A stretch of 64,000 nt of DNA from the NCBI GenBank assembly GCA_002633005.1, contig NMRA01000238.1, positions 434,001-498,000 on the forward strand. Direction: 5' to 3'. Positions 27,601 through 40,589 of this stretch are shown one piece after another (within the stretch, counting starts at the first letter, position 1; each line of letters opens with the position of its first letter). The DNA is from Phoronis australis. Lineage: Eukaryota; Animalia; Phoronida. The notes under the pieces were generated by a model. That model was given only the letters and a program-made list of their open reading frames with translations. It searched no databases and was not told where the DNA came from. The translations under genes were made by a program, and so were the position numbers.

Positions 27601-30600
27601 TGACCTGATACTAGTTGTGATGTGCAGGTGATCTCAGGGTCGTTCTTTTCATACCCAGTTTGACTTGATACTAGTTGTGATGTGCAAGTGATGTCAGAGT
27701 CCTTCTTTTCATACCCAGAGTGACCTGATACAAACTGGCCTGTACAGTGGCCGTGTCTACTTCGTCAATAAATTTGTACACAGGTAGCTGTAGACTGATT
27801 CCCTCGATATTAGGGACACTCATCTAGCTACTTGTGAGCGGCGCAGGGCAATTGCTGCATTAACGATGACTTCAGGACAATAAAACACGAGCTGAAATTA
27901 ATCAAACTGTTGTGGACTAAAACGGGTGGTTTTTGATCTGCTTGACTTCTGAAATTGAATTCCCCAAGAATAGTAACATTAGAATCATTTTTTCCAGAAG
28001 AAATACAATAAATGCAAGCCAAAAATGTTTTAGTGCCCAAGGCACATAACCCAAATACATAAATGTATGACTTGCGAGAGCGCTTCAAAATAGACTCAAA
28101 GTTGTTACTTGATCTTGGGAACTGCTTTCGTCAGGACTTGGAACTGTCCACAGGGTGAGGACAGATAACAGACACTCAAATACAGTACACAGCTTAAACG
28201 GTGAAGTTAGAAATATGAGCCTATGTGAGAAACAAATGAGAAAAAAATCCCAACGTAACGTTAATTAAGTTAAGTCACCAATTTCAAACATGAATACATT
28301 AAGTAACCGACAGTGAATCTTGCCAATAAAGCAATGGATGAAGTCATTTGGTCCATGGCGTTGTCATGACGAATAAAAAAACAACAACCAAGGATTTCGC
28401 ACACCAAAACATGAACCAAAACAATGGTTTTTCAAAGACAGCCCTGCATGGGGTCTATAAAAAGAGTGTTACCATGGGTAAGGTTGCAAAATGGACACAG
28501 CAGACAAACTAGTTATTTATTCATTTCTTTACCTATCGTGCTTGCAAGATGTTCTGGACTTTGCGCACCTGTTCTTGAATAGAATATTTAGTTTGAGCCA
28601 CGTTGAAGAATAATTAGTAAACCAAGTCTTTAAGTAGGTGGATGTACCACGGATGAAGTAAATTCTTACCACTTTTTCACCGGGACCCGGTTCAGACCGC
28701 ACTTGAAGCACTTTGGGGGGTAGACTGCCAGGCTGAACTGTTCCGAAACGAGGCTGGAGGTCATTCTGAAACATGGGATTAACTAGTCAATAATAATGGC
28801 ATTGGAAATAAAAAAGAGAAGTACTTGCAAAACATCAACAGCTTTTATTGTCGCCCCCTGTTGGCTAATATTCTCTCAGTGATCACCTGGTCCGTGTAAA
28901 TACAAGAACACTACATGTTAAAAGTATTCTGACAAAATAACCCAGAATTCACTGTCATAATGGGTGGAAGTTGAATTCAGTGTAAGAGTAGTCTTTCCTC
29001 CTTACTGAGAATGAAGGAAAATCAATAAACAACAAGGTTAGTAAGGTGGCTAAGACATTCTCCAATTAAAAATTTGCCCCCATAATAATTATCACCAGCC
29101 ATCATTAAGGGGGGAAATGGTATTTTGTCTAATTACTTGTTTAGTTCTGTACCAGACAAAGTTAACTCTAACAATGGCAGTTCCCATTCATCACCTAACT
29201 AAAATGCAAGCATTTTCTTGATACCTCTTTGGCTAGTGGCAAAAACGCCAGTAATGAGAATGGTAGTAAGTGTCACTTTTGGTGGCGGAAAACCGCGCAT
29301 TAGACAGACAAGTGCATTGCAAGGAAGCTCACGGCCTACTACAACCAAACACAAGCAAGATGGCTGGCGCTGAAGTGACTGGACGACAAGGATGGAATGT
29401 TAACTTGTGAGAAAAAATTGCTTTTTCATAAAAACAATCATTTCTCATAAGTGTCTGTTGAGTGACTCTTGCATTGTAGAACATGACCCTCAAATATTTC
29501 TCCAGTTGTAGCCCACCTCAATTCTGAATTTTGCTAGTTTAACTACAGCACAATTTAATTCTGTTTCCCAAATGTACTCCTTGAGGCAAATCTATGATGC
29601 AGTTTAATGTCAGCCCTACCAACACCACTCAGGGTATATCAGCCAGTCAGATTTAAATTTGCTTCCACAAGCCACCCTCACCAACTATTTCAAGTTCAGT
29701 GACTGAGGTCAGAGGTCATTCTACCAAATAAGGTAAACCACAGCAGACAACACACTTGTAAACTGAAAGCAGACACCATCACTCAACTACCAGACTTTAC
29801 AAACAACTAATAATTTTACTGGTTGGAAGAGCAAATTTTGGATAACTGCTAAATGGCTCTTGCTGTCAATTTTATCAAAGAATGATGCTACGTTGCCAAG
29901 TAACAAATAGACATTTTAATTCACCAACTTCTTGAAGCATCTCTTCAAAATGTTATCTGCAAGCCTGTGGTCGGAACTAACAACTCCCAGGGTCTCAATA
30001 TTTACATAAAAATTAAAGCATTCATTTGTTTTATACAAGATAACTGTGCAGAGCTACAGTGCATGCATTTGAATAGTTTTAAGAATTTAATTACATTTCA
30101 GAAATTTCAAATTCTCCTCTTCATGTGAAATAAGCTTTAGTGGGTCATTCATAGTGACCACTGCAATGTTCAAAGAAACAAATTTTAGACACATTTTTGA
30201 GAACTGACCAACCTATACACATACCCAACAGAATGTCAGCAATTCTCTATTTACATTCTTTAAATATCTCCATCATCTGGTCCGCATAGGTAATTATAAC
30301 TACTAAGTAACTTATGTTGGTAAATTGCTTCCTGCAAATAAGAGTTCTACCCAGTGCAAAGGTCTCTACAGTGTATTACAGAACTATCAGGGCAGCAAAT
30401 CTGGCAGAAAAAGTTCAACAACTTAGGCCCAGTCCACAAGGGAGCATTTTAAAAAAGTTGCATACAGAACAGTTTTTATAACAATGTTGTTTAGGCGCAA
30501 GACATATCTGTGTGGGACCTGGTGGACACAGGCTGAGATGGATGTTTAAACAGGTTTTTAAGGGTATGGGAAATACTCAACTGAGTCCAGTTGCATGTAA

Positions 30601-33600
30601 GTTACACTTGGCATTACAAGAAGATTACATCATCGCATGTCACATTATCATTGAACCAAGCATCTCATATACCAACAACCAAACTTATGCAGTGTGTAAA
30701 CTTCAAAGTTTTACGCGATCTCACCCACACGTTGAAAAGACCATATCATTCCACACAAACGAAAATGTTTTCTTAAGTCAATGTTTTAGGTTGCGCTTCA
30801 CTTCGTAAAATACTAAGATATCAACCATTCAGAGCGTGGTATTCAGTGCTGTAGAGGTAAGTAGGCGCCCAAAGCCCACCTTACAATCTTGAGCACTGAA
30901 TGTAACTTACGGTGCGTAGGCACTACGTTCAAATGCCAAAAAGGTGGTTGGCTGCACCCACGCCCCACTACAGCACTGGTGGTATTTTTGTATATCTTTC
31001 GCAATTCTACTCATTTTCACCGGTTTTTACAAGGAAACTAATAAAATCAGAAAGTGTGTTTACACACTGTTCAAAGTTTGCAGGAAGTCAAAGATTGACC
31101 ACAAAATAAGATTGAGTCTGGGGAAAGCAGTTGATGATCCAGGAGGAGTGAACACCAAAAGGCTAATGGCTGTTTACATCACAGGCGTCAAAATCTGAAC
31201 ACTTTAACTCGCGATCTGAACACTATAACTCTCAGTCTTTACCTTAAATCCTATTGCAACTGTAGCGCGGTTACTATCCCTCTGTGATGGTGGTTTAGTG
31301 AGAGGTTACGGTGTAACAGTTACTTGGTGAAAACGTGGCAGTTGTGAAACTATAACTTTGTAGGTGGCATAGCAGTCACACCTCTTAAGAAACAATGGCG
31401 CAACAAGCCACTAAGCAGAGTGAATCGGAAAGCGATTAGGGTTATAAGTTTTAACTGCTGTGAACACCAAATATTACATTACATAACAGTTACAGTTATG
31501 GTATATAGCAAGAATTACGAACTGGCTTAGCTAGTCTGAACACCAACTTAAAAATCAGTTCAAATGCCAAGGTCATCCTGTCATTAGTTATTAATACTCC
31601 ATAGAGAGACAATGAAAATGTCAGACTCTTGAAGGTCACATAGCACAGATAAGACAGTAAGAGTGATAATTAGATACTTATTAGTATTAATTAGCCTAAT
31701 TTGGTGAGAGGTTGATGTGTGCAAGTCATTCACGAAGAACACAAGGGAACACTACGCAGTCTGATAAGCAAAACAATCACCAAGGGAATCAACAAAAAAG
31801 AGCAGCCACAGACTCTGAGATGATGCTTCAGTGCTGGGCTGTTACCATAATTGGAGATTACATTATGAAGACTCCTCAGTAAGCCAATGTCTTCAACAAT
31901 TTCGATACATGTCACAAAGTCAACTGATAATTTCTATTGAGCATGGAATTTTTATCAATTGAGACAACTGGATATGCAGATTTTGCAAAAATTCGTCAGT
32001 TTGAAGATAAAATATAGGCCTAGATTGGTATTAGGTTTTAGCGATACAGTAATACTTTGGCGGCTCACACACCTATGAGCAAAGCTGACCCTATACTCGC
32101 CATTACCTGGTATTACTTCTATATATGAAACACTTTAGTAAAACCAAGTTACTGAAAAGTGAAAACACAGAATAGACATTAATGCACTCAATAAGTACTA
32201 GAAATGAACACAAACCACGCAGGAATAAGACCTCGGGTTAACCACTAAGAGACACTCATGCTTGTAATAGAAGATTAGGCTCTCCAACTATTTCACATAT
32301 AGCCCCCAGCATACGAGCACTTTAAATTTGTCTTAACGTTTTGCAAAAAGTTAAAAGTAATTAAAAGATTTTGACAAACTGACAATACGCCACGACAGAT
32401 CTCCAAAGATATTTGGTAAGCATTGACCAGAAAGCAATTTCACTGGTTCCATGACTGATCACTTCAAGAAGGAAGAGTTTCAAAATTGTTCCCTCCCTTC
32501 TCCCATAGTTTATGGTTTGAATAAATCAACTTTGGGAACCGTATGTAATATTTCAGCTTTTTAGGTTATACCGTAACAACCTATTTTACAAGAATAACTT
32601 CACAATGCAACACTGAATTGTTATATATGTGCATATATTTCTGATTTGCATCACACAATGGAGGTAATATTAAACATGGAATTGAGATGGCTCAGGGTAG
32701 GCAGGGTGTGCTTGAAGGTTTCGTATATTCAGAACAACTCCAACACTCCAACCTTACTAGCTCAGCATGTGAAATTACACTTACTGGTATATCCTAAACA
32801 TGTTTGCATTAATTAGAAATCAATCTATTCCTGTCATTTACCAGCTGGATTGATGTGCTGCAGTCATTAATTGATTACAAACAACAGGAAGCTGCACACA
32901 TGAAGGATGTGGGTTGACTGGACAGACTGTCAACCCAAACAGGCTGGTTCAAGGCAATTTGTAATGTTCAGATGCAGATTTTGAAATACTTTAGTACCAG
33001 AGTTTATAGCCATTGGATGTGATGCAGTTTTGTGCTTGAAGAGCTCAAGGTAATTTCCCAGTAATACTGGTGAGACATTGCTGAGTTCAAGCACAGGCCT
33101 CCTTAGCGACAGTTAACTACACCTCTAAACACAACCCCAGCACAGAGGAAAGAGATCATCTTTCAATGCGCTTGAGCAATCGGATATATATATATACTGG
33201 TGATCCGCTGGTATTCTACCTGGTTTGCACGTTCCCTATTGTTAATGCGTGCATGCACAGAAGTCTTTGTGTAAATGACTCGTGCTGATCCAGTTTTCGA
33301 TCCAATGTCGCGCAAATGTGACTTAGCGTAGGTGAAGTCGTACGGTGACAAATGTTCCCCAGCTTACTGGGTTAAGAGTTATTATGTTTATGACACAATG
33401 AATTAAAGAGTGATTAGTATAAGTCAAGAGTCCTTTTGATTATGGTGGGTTACCTATGATAATTACAAAGATAGGTTAAACAAACTATTTAGTTTTGATA
33501 CTCATGAGTATCCATGGTTACATGAAAGTCTTTTTTAAGCAGATTACATATGATTTCACGTCCATACAGCTCATGGCGCTAAGTGTATTAGTTGATATCT

Positions 33601-36600
33601 ATGACCGAAAAACAACAAGTAGCTGACTCAAAATGGGTCCATTTATTGTTCTACCAGGTTCTGAGATAGCGGCACAAGACGAGTAAAATGAATGAGACAA
33701 CAGGAAGATGAGAGTTCCTTATCAATGAACTGACCTACTCAAATTGGTGAAACGCTCCACTTCATAGTCCTTGATGTACCCAACATTAGGTGCAATACGA
33801 CAAAAGGTCACAAAATGTACCTGACTGAAAGAAGTCACTCATGTTTTTGCGTTGATCAGCTCGACCCATCTAACCATCTTAGTTCAACTGTATTTGAAAA
33901 TGTGCCAAGCCCAAGTCAATCTTGAGCTCTCATAATGCATAAAGTGTGGTTTGTTCAAAGTTTGCAGCAATTACATAGCTTTTGGCCACTATATAGGTGA
34001 CGACAGTGTTGATGCAAGACTGCTGAACAACAGGATGGTAACCCAATTCATGGCCACCACATTAGACATATTTGAGAACTTAAGTAGTATTCAAGTCCAG
34101 AGCAAAAATGTGCATCGCTAGTCCCGTTTAGACATCAACTTTTGGCCCGGCGCAACTGACACGGAGCAAACTGACCGGTGTCAAGCGTCCATTTACACAC
34201 ACAACTCACGAACTGTGGCAAGACGGAAATTGTAGGCTAGAAAGTTACAGGAACACACATGCTCAGGTTTACAAATGACAGGAGTTGAAGAGACAGAGAA
34301 CCTGTATTTAAGTCATCACACAAGAGCAGTAGAGATGATCCTCCTCTGATGACATGAATAAGGTAATTACCTGGACCTCTCACACTTGTTAATCCATAAC
34401 ACAAACATGAGTGAAACCTCAGACATGGTCTGAGAGTAACCCAGTGACAGCCTCGAAAATCACTTGTCATCTGCTCCAGGAACAAGATTAGAGTTGAGAC
34501 TACCGGTAGTTTTACATGCTGCAAGTGGTCCATGTGTCTTTGACGGAGGGCTTTAAACTAGAAAGATTTGAATTTTCCACTTTGTCCTCTATTCCCATTT
34601 TTAGCCTGTTACAATCATCAATGTCAAAGAATGCGAAACAAATTAAAAAACCTCATGACACAGCTGAGGTGGCTGACCTTGGTTACTTACCTACCACAGG
34701 ACAAATTGTATCTGCCATAAGACACAGCTTCTCATTAAACTTCAAATTGAAGCTGAGAAGGAAAACACCTGCTTAGTGTTTGTGAAACTGACAGAAGGTA
34801 GATACCAGACATTAAAAGCAGACAAAACTGTGTTTTAGGATTTAGGACAATTCTGGCTCTGTTTCCTGCTATTACACCATTTGAGTCTAACCATGAGTAT
34901 TCAACTAAAACATGTACTCAATGTGGATTAAAAAGAATCCTGTTGTTCTAGGTGGATGTTTTTTCCCCAAAGTTGTGGTATGTCTTGCCTAAAGCCAGTG
35001 TAGTATACTTTATAAGAAGTTTTCTAACTTATGGTGCCGGTATTCCAAATTAAAAATGGCAGATAGGATTTGTTACATATCATTATTTCATTTTAGAGAG
35101 CTAGATTAAAAAATCGCAGCTACTACCTGTTAATTGGGCAAAACCAAGGTTAGTATGCTTTTAAGGTATGATTAACATACCTTAGTATAAAGTTAAAAAA
35201 TAAAATTATACACTTTAAACTTTTAATAATTTAAATTTATACTTTTGCATACAGTTGGCTAAGTGCAGAGTTGTCGATACGGTATTGCAAAACATTAAAA
35301 CGCCACTTTAAGATTTTTAAAATGGTCACACAAATTCATACACATTAAATTAATTAACATGACATACACCAAGATATGTAGTCCTCTTAATGCTTACATC
35401 AACCAGTCTTGTGTCAAAAAATAACATTTGACTTAGACTGCAGGAACTTTTGTTATGAAGATGGTTCGTAGGTAACAATTTCATTCAACCTTTTACTATA
35501 TCCTTGACATGCGTGGATGACAGCGAGTGGAGACGGCCCCAACCACAGCCCCCTCCTCATACAAAACCTAAAACCACAACAATTAAAAAAGACCAGGACC
35601 AACACTGCAGTTTATTTTTAAAGAATAATTAATTACTGTATACCGTAATCATTGATTAGCTGTAATTGATCTGGAGTAAGCTAGGATTGTTGTTGCTTAT
35701 TTGCACCAAAGAAAAACAAGAGAGAGTTGCCGAAGTGATGACGACTGTTCATTCCAAAAGCCAGTAGAATCATTGTGAATGAACTTAATTTAAATTCAAA
35801 TTTCAGACAGTTTTAGTCTGAAAGGCATGACTGACCACCAAGTCATAACTGTGAAGCTTTGAAATCACCCAGTGCGCTAAAAATAGTCTCCTGCAAATAG
35901 ATTCTTGTTGAAGTGAAGCATGAATGTTTTCATTTGCCAGTTAAATGCTAACTTCACCTCCAAGCATCACATTGATGGTGTAGGCCAGCTCACTACACAG
36001 GGGAATGCTGAGATTCACCTTATCAATAACTGACTCACCAAGTCTCCAGGCAAAAACAATGGGTTCTGAGATTTAAGTAGAATTTTTGTGCAATGTTTCA
36101 TAGATAACCAGTTCAGACCAGTCATGACTGCACACACTGTTACATTACAGGTAGAGTTACGTACCGTACAATTTTAATAAAAAATCTCTAAAATGATAAA
36201 ACAAAAAACAAAAGAGGGGCCCGTGATCAAAGAGATTCTGTAAGGTACAGACATGGCATTTCTGAATTTCTGTCAATCCTAGTTTGATTTTCTAGGTCAG
36301 GATCTGCAGATATTCGAAAGCATTTCTCATATAAATATTCCTGCTTAACTTATGCTGGGTAGAAAACATGGAAAAGATGTTTTAATTGTTTCATGGGATT
36401 GTCTTTTAAACAGACAGATATCTATTTGTATTTATATGCCAGAGTCTTTGAAAACCATGGCTGTGTGCCCAAGATAAATCCATGAACCTAAAAGCAAATG
36501 ACCATATAGACCAGTGCAAGTAAATTACAAACATGCGGGCTGGTATTCAGGTTTCATCCAGCTAACTCAAGTCTATTCAGAAAGCTTGGGGGTACTAAAT

Positions 36601-39600
36601 AAAATGTAAACCTTCCACTGAAGCTGTTTGGTCCAAAAGACATGGTAAAAAGGAGGGACTATAATGCCACTTGTGAAACATCAAAAATTACAGAGCTCTT
36701 TGATAAAAAGGCAATGAAAACTCATGAATCTCCAAAGTAAAAATGCACTTAAGTTACATTATGAACTAGATTTGTAAATGTTGGCAGTCCAATGACATAT
36801 AAGTCATAGCATGGTTAGGCCAAACATGAAATTGTAACAGTCAAACATTTGAGCCTGACTGGCATAAAACGCGGTAATGCAGGGTACATCCACCCACTCA
36901 ATCGCGATGCCTTATGATACACTAGCACAAAAATGGACAAACTAAGGCTGTGTGTCACACTATTTAGCCATCTAAAGGCTAAATCAGTCTATTCCTTACC
37001 ATGATAGGATTCTATTTCTGTTGCCATGCGCAACCCTAAAATTGCCAACTCGAAAATCACATATGCAAATGTTTGTAGCCTTAGTTAGAAATGCAATCTT
37101 AAAAACAAAATATAAGACCAGATTTTATAAGAGTAAAATGTCTAAGGTAATACAATGTTAGTATTAAGTCAGTTAAACACACCAAAATTTCCAGGAAGTT
37201 TTACTAGGCCACCAAAGGCATTAGCTAGAAACAGGATTATATACATTAATATAACTATCATTTTATCAACATACAAACATGCCTCCTAGCAGTTGACAAC
37301 CCATTGAGGTGACAATTTGGGAGGGCAGCTTTTATCACTGGTCAGTTGCCATTTTTCAAATGCATTGTGGGTCGTCTCTCAACTCTTCAATGCTCCCGTG
37401 AAATCACAGAAAATTTGGAGATGTGGTTTATGTTCCGCAGATGCAAGAATTTAGCGTGTAAAATTAATGCGATCATGTGATATCGAGACACGATTTTTCA
37501 AGTGCATAAGTCGTAGGAGACGGGGCATGTCCAATTTTGTTCTGACTTTCGTCCAGCTCAAGACATCGCTGACAGCCTGACACCGGCCAATAGCCTCACA
37601 AAACCTATGGAAGTGGTGAGAAATGACAGCATGACTCCAACCAATACTTCTACACAATAACAGTGTCCACAGTGAGTGTACTCATTAACTCAACCCTCTT
37701 CTTACAGATGAGCTTAAGTTCATTTTTCATCCACTGCAATTCAGAGACCCATTCCAAAAATGACTTAACTTCATTTGAAATTTGTGTCAACTTTCAAACC
37801 TCCACATCTGGTAAGTTAGTCAAACTTAAGACAAAACTTAAGCCAAAAACTTACATCAAACTTAAGATCATTTTCTTGGAACGGACTTCAGACATATTGT
37901 AAAATATTATCTTAAAATTGAATTAAATTGGTGACTAAGTAGCTTTATTTATGAATACAGCAAAGATGAATGCATAATAAAATTTAGAAAGATATATGTC
38001 CACAAATATTTTTGAAAATACTACAATGAAACATTTTAAGTAAAAAAAGTGAGTCACATGTTGAAATTTCTCCAGCATACACAAGATTTTTGACAGAGAT
38101 AACAAAAGTGCAGAAGAGGACGCTCAGTAGGCTAAAAATAATGTCATCGCGAGTACCATACAAGTCTCACGTCAAACATTAGAATCTGAAGTATGACGAA
38201 AAACATACATTTCGTAACTGAACCATTGTCATTGATAGCAGGAACTGAAGCTATCCGAGAGACGCATTTGTGTAGCCATTTCCTTAAGTGAAAAAACAGG
38301 TACTTTGGCTGTATTTAGGAACACTAAGATGGTAATGGACTGATATAACATGCCCGCATTTTGAGAACCAGTTTTCTTAACTGAATAACGGGCATCAAAC
38401 TGGTTCTCAAAATACCGGCACTTTATATCAGAGTATTGCCCAAAGATGTTTGCTGATACTTGAGACACATTTCAATCACCCTGGCACGTTTAAAGTCCCC
38501 CCCCCAAACGTCTTTGGGTTTTCACTTTTCAGGTGTGGGAAATACTTAAATTACTTCTTGTAATAACAAAGTATGACTTCTTTTTGGTAAATCAGTTACC
38601 ATCAGTTAATAAGAATAAGTTGAACAAACAATGCTTTTCTACACTGCTGTGTATCACAGTTTAAGATAGTCAGAGATGCCTACCCCAAAATATAGCTTCC
38701 AGTAGTCCTGCAGAAAATTATCAGTAGTTTTGCATAACTTTCAGTAGTTTTTGACAAATGACTTTTTACAGAGTCAACAACACTTCTAACCATGTTTTTT
38801 TCTCTAATGGAGAGACTCAGCATAAAATATTTTCAACTGCCAGGACTATTTACTTAAATTCTTCCTGTCACCTGCACACCCAGACCTGCATTTTGCAACA
38901 ACTAAGGCCTTCAAAGTTGGAAGACCAAGAGTTGACCTGAAATCTGCATGTTTTTTGTGAACAATGGAGAAAATCCACTCACAGTGCACACTGGGGTGGG
39001 GAATGTGACCCAGGATTGCATGTTACAATTCCGAAATATCAGTTCAGCTCCGACTGTGATTCGGTAATTTCCGTGAAAACAAAGTTGTGAGTGCTGGGTG
39101 TAAGCAAGCACATCGTTTTGAATCAGTTTGTTAGAATAAGATTCTAAATTAATTAACACAGCTTTTAATTTCACTGTATTTTGTTTGAGCCATCAGTAGT
39201 CCTATACTTTTGACAATAAATGCATAGTAACTATGCCAATCTGTACTAGTAGGTATCTCTGGATAGTGCAACGACAACAACTTTTACATTTTATATAAAA
39301 TATTGGCACCACGCTGTTCATACACTTTTATTGATGTTTGTGCATTCCTGACACATTTGGTTTTTAGTTGAGGAAAACATTGGAATAAAATACATCCATT
39401 GTACACACAATCTGACTGGACGCTTGTAATAACTAAAGAGCAAATAAAATGGTTATATGCAGTGTAATTGTAAGACAGGAACACAAAGACTACACAATTT
39501 ATCATCACAAATCAATTGACTAACCATAGAAAGAAACATCTGTATAGAATGAAAAGTATACCCTGAAGTCTGGCATCGGACGGGGTGTTGGCTGCACGAC

Positions 39601-40586
39601 ACAGTACACACAGTGCAGCCCTGAATAGAGATTTTCAACCAGAGCTAGCTTTGAGAGGTGACCGATCCAATGCACATCTTCTGCACATGGTGCACCTTTG
39701 GCTCTGTGCAGCAAAAATCATCTAACACAATGAAAATCGGTCACACTGGGAGATGCAACCAATAATAGCCTTAACTTTGGCCCTGCATGATGCAGCATGC
39801 CAGTTACTAAGCAACCAATGCCAAAGCTGTCTTTGGGGTTACTGCAAGATTAAATTTGACACACATTGTATTCAATGTGTGATTGGAGTTGGACAGATGC
39901 TATTTATCATATTTAATAACTGTTCAATTCTTTCCAAGCCATACTATTACCAAGCACTCACACACAGGGGCTAAATTAGACTAGATTATACTAGGGGCGG
40001 GATTGTGAGGTGACACAAGTTTTGTGACGGATAAAAGGCACTAGTCAGGTATAGTGGACTCTGATTTACCAAACTAGATTATCACTGAATAGGCTTGTTA
40101 TTCAGTAGATGGAACTGGTTCACTAAACCAGGGATCACTGGCACTGGTCTCTACTTGAACTAGTACAAAATGAAGAGGAGCATTTACCTGCAGTTTATCA
40201 CAGTACTCATTGAGACTCCTCAGCCAGCCATCCAGGACCTGTGGTGTGCTGTTGTAATGAAGATATAACCAGGTGACAACCGAGTTAATCCACAAACACT
40301 GATCCGCCGCAACTGATTTGGAAGATGGAGGAGTTGGCTCCTCTTTCGGCACTTGGCCGTTGCTTTTCGCATGTTCAGGCAGTCGCCCTATCTCCACGTT
40401 CCTACACAGCCGGATACAAAAGTTAATGATAAAGTACATGCATAAAGGAGTCAATATCCAGCCAGCGAAAAACAGGTCCAGGAAATCCCACTTCGAGAGA
40501 TCGAAAAATTTGTCTGCCGATTCAGCCATGTTGCCCACGATTTCTTGAAGCCGATACCAGCACAGTTTGAGAGTTATATCAGCCAT
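3545..40586 (-). CDS. C2CD2: Gene model (3' end unresolved): C2CD2/C2CD2L (TMEM24)-family phospholipid transfer protein, TM + SMP-like + C2
   Basis: 13 exons with GT-AG boundaries and consistent phases give one open frame. Motifs match the family as I recall it: WINSVVTWLY, PPKPPR..RLLVKVIK, DPYC...NPFWDEHF, GSITVEFLFMEP, KIETSRTMLPGGTRVTTT, VAIRELEQ...STLVITSV. Confidence 0.85.
4129..4377. mobile_element. Degenerate PIF/Harbinger-like MITE
   Basis: Imperfect TIR GGCCCATTCACACGA ... TCATGTGAACAGGACC followed by TAA; internal AAACGC repeats. Confidence 0.4.
7622..7654 (-). CDS. C2CD2: C2CD2-like micro-exon 12
   Basis: ACATAG|DDIPPQILVSS|GTAAAT; 33 bp, phase 1-1. Confidence 0.6.
7850..9354 (+). 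mobile_element. Helentron-associated non-autonomous element (HINE / DINE-1 / Pearl-like) spanning the assembly gap
   Basis: Starts AACAAGAG plus hairpin CAACGC-AGA-GCGTTG; subterminal IR ATGCGCCCACA (7875) / TGTGGGCGCAT (9339); (GGAC)n microsatellite; 3' hairpin 9320-9349 then A-run. Confidence 0.7.
8054..8992. other. Assembly gap (N run)
   Basis: 939 consecutive N. Confidence 1.
9581..9694 (-). CDS. C2CD2: C2CD2-like exon 11
   Basis: TGATAG|ESPNKVEKTEQGLRSESPSPYSDRKGSRGRQRNTSASQ|GTAATG; 114 bp, phase 1-1. Confidence 0.8.
10781..10952 (-). CDS. C2CD2: C2CD2-like exon 10
   Basis: TTCCAG|FLFMEPAEAQ...KIETSRTMLPGGTRVTTTTTTTERPKERIDPTVK|GTAAGC; phase 0-1. Confidence 0.9.
12635..12762 (-). CDS. 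C2CD2: C2CD2-like exon 9 (C2 domain end)
   Basis: TTGCAG|DDFLGCCSIKVDELRRHPTVRQIIPLVGRPNKSDKVSGSITVE|GTAAAG; phase 1-0. Confidence 0.92.
13148..13241. repeat. Tandem duplication of about 48 bp
   Basis: ATGTCACTA(A/C)CTAGTAGCTC(C/T)CATTATCAAACAAA(G/A)GGAAGTACTA twice. Confidence 0.85.
13647..13711 (-). CDS. C2CD2: C2CD2-like exon 8 (C2 domain)
   Basis: TTTCAG|DLTNASQEVNFELFDRDKPPE|GTAACC; 65 bp, phase 2-1. Confidence 0.9.
14306..14414 (-). CDS. C2CD2: C2CD2-like exon 7 (C2 domain)
   Basis: TTACAG|(G)CTDPYCIVAMDEPPQRHTTSVVKNTINPFWDEHFL(F)|GTACGT; classic C2 motifs; phase 1-2. Confidence 0.92.
16741..16880. repeat. Near-perfect 70-bp tandem duplication
   Basis: ACAATCATTGACCTCTATTAGCTTGG...CTGACTACTGGCT twice; (CAAA)n microsatellite nearby at about 16630-16662. 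Confidence 0.9.
16973..17063 (-). CDS. C2CD2: C2CD2-like exon 6 (start of C2 domain)
   Basis: TGTTAG|LAAPPKPPRFQDRRLLVKVIKGSTIGAREF(G)|GTAAGA; 91 bp, phase 0-1. Confidence 0.9.
18651..18797 (-). CDS. C2CD2: C2CD2-like exon 5 (end of SMP-like region)
   Basis: TTCCAG|YVVDTDFQLQLNELVSDIFHHCPTNVTLSSLGRYTEAYERIKSTENKSE|GTATGG; 147 bp, phase 0-0. Confidence 0.75.
20320..20940. repeat. 29-30-bp minisatellite, roughly 20 degenerate copies
   Basis: Consensus GTAATACAAACTATTGGGATCAAGATGTT. Confidence 0.9.
22201..22329 (-). CDS. C2CD2: C2CD2-like exon 4 (SMP-like), boundaries tentative
   Basis: TTTAAAG|VPVLGHSEVFIKESRFDVIFDGKASKILLKNVIKTDTSTECRA|GTTAGG; weak donor chosen because it keeps phase 0 into the next exon. 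Confidence 0.5.
23077..23190 (-). CDS. C2CD2: C2CD2-like exon 3 (SMP-like)
   Basis: TTTCAG|SVNAVIDCQELEVTFYVTPLRRFEELGFKLRFQKIHGE|GTAAGT; 114 bp, phase 0-0. Confidence 0.8.
23312..23520. mobile_element. PIF/Harbinger-like MITE
   Basis: TTA-GGCCCACACACCTACT ... AGTAATGTGCATGGGCC-TAA (imperfect TIR, TWA flanks). Confidence 0.55.
24454..24625. mobile_element. MITE with 14-bp imperfect TIR
   Basis: TGACCTATTGCAAG ... CTGGCGATAGGTCA; internal AAAATGGCGGC and ATTGG motifs. Confidence 0.55.
26398..26504. repeat. 20/21-bp minisatellite, 5 copies
   Basis: GTAATCCACGTTACCCCACA repeated. Confidence 0.95.
27000..27160 (+). mobile_element. Degenerate fragment of the same HINE family as 7850-9354
   Basis: AAAATTGCCTATAGGGGGCATAGCGGTAGTCC...TTCATGAACAT...GAGATGACAGCATA aligns by eye with 9136-9319. 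Confidence 0.55.
27578..27731. repeat. 60-bp tandem repeat, about 2.5 copies
   Basis: TGACCTGATACTAGTTGTGATGTGCA... at 27601 and 27661, with a partial unit at 27721. Confidence 0.85.
28670..28765 (-). CDS. C2CD2: C2CD2-like exon 2 (SMP-like)
   Basis: TTTCAG|NDLQPRFGTVQPGSLPPKVLQVRSEPGPGEKV|GTAAGA; 96 bp, phase 0-0. Confidence 0.8.
40188..40586 (-). CDS. C2CD2: C2CD2-like exon 1 (TM helix and start of SMP-like region)
   Basis: MADITL...LFFAGWILTPLCMYFIINF...CLWINSVVTWLYLHY...WLRSLNEYCDKLQ; donor CAG|GTAAAT, phase 0; second in-frame ATG at 40529. Confidence 0.85.
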
Positions 40587-40589
40587 GTT

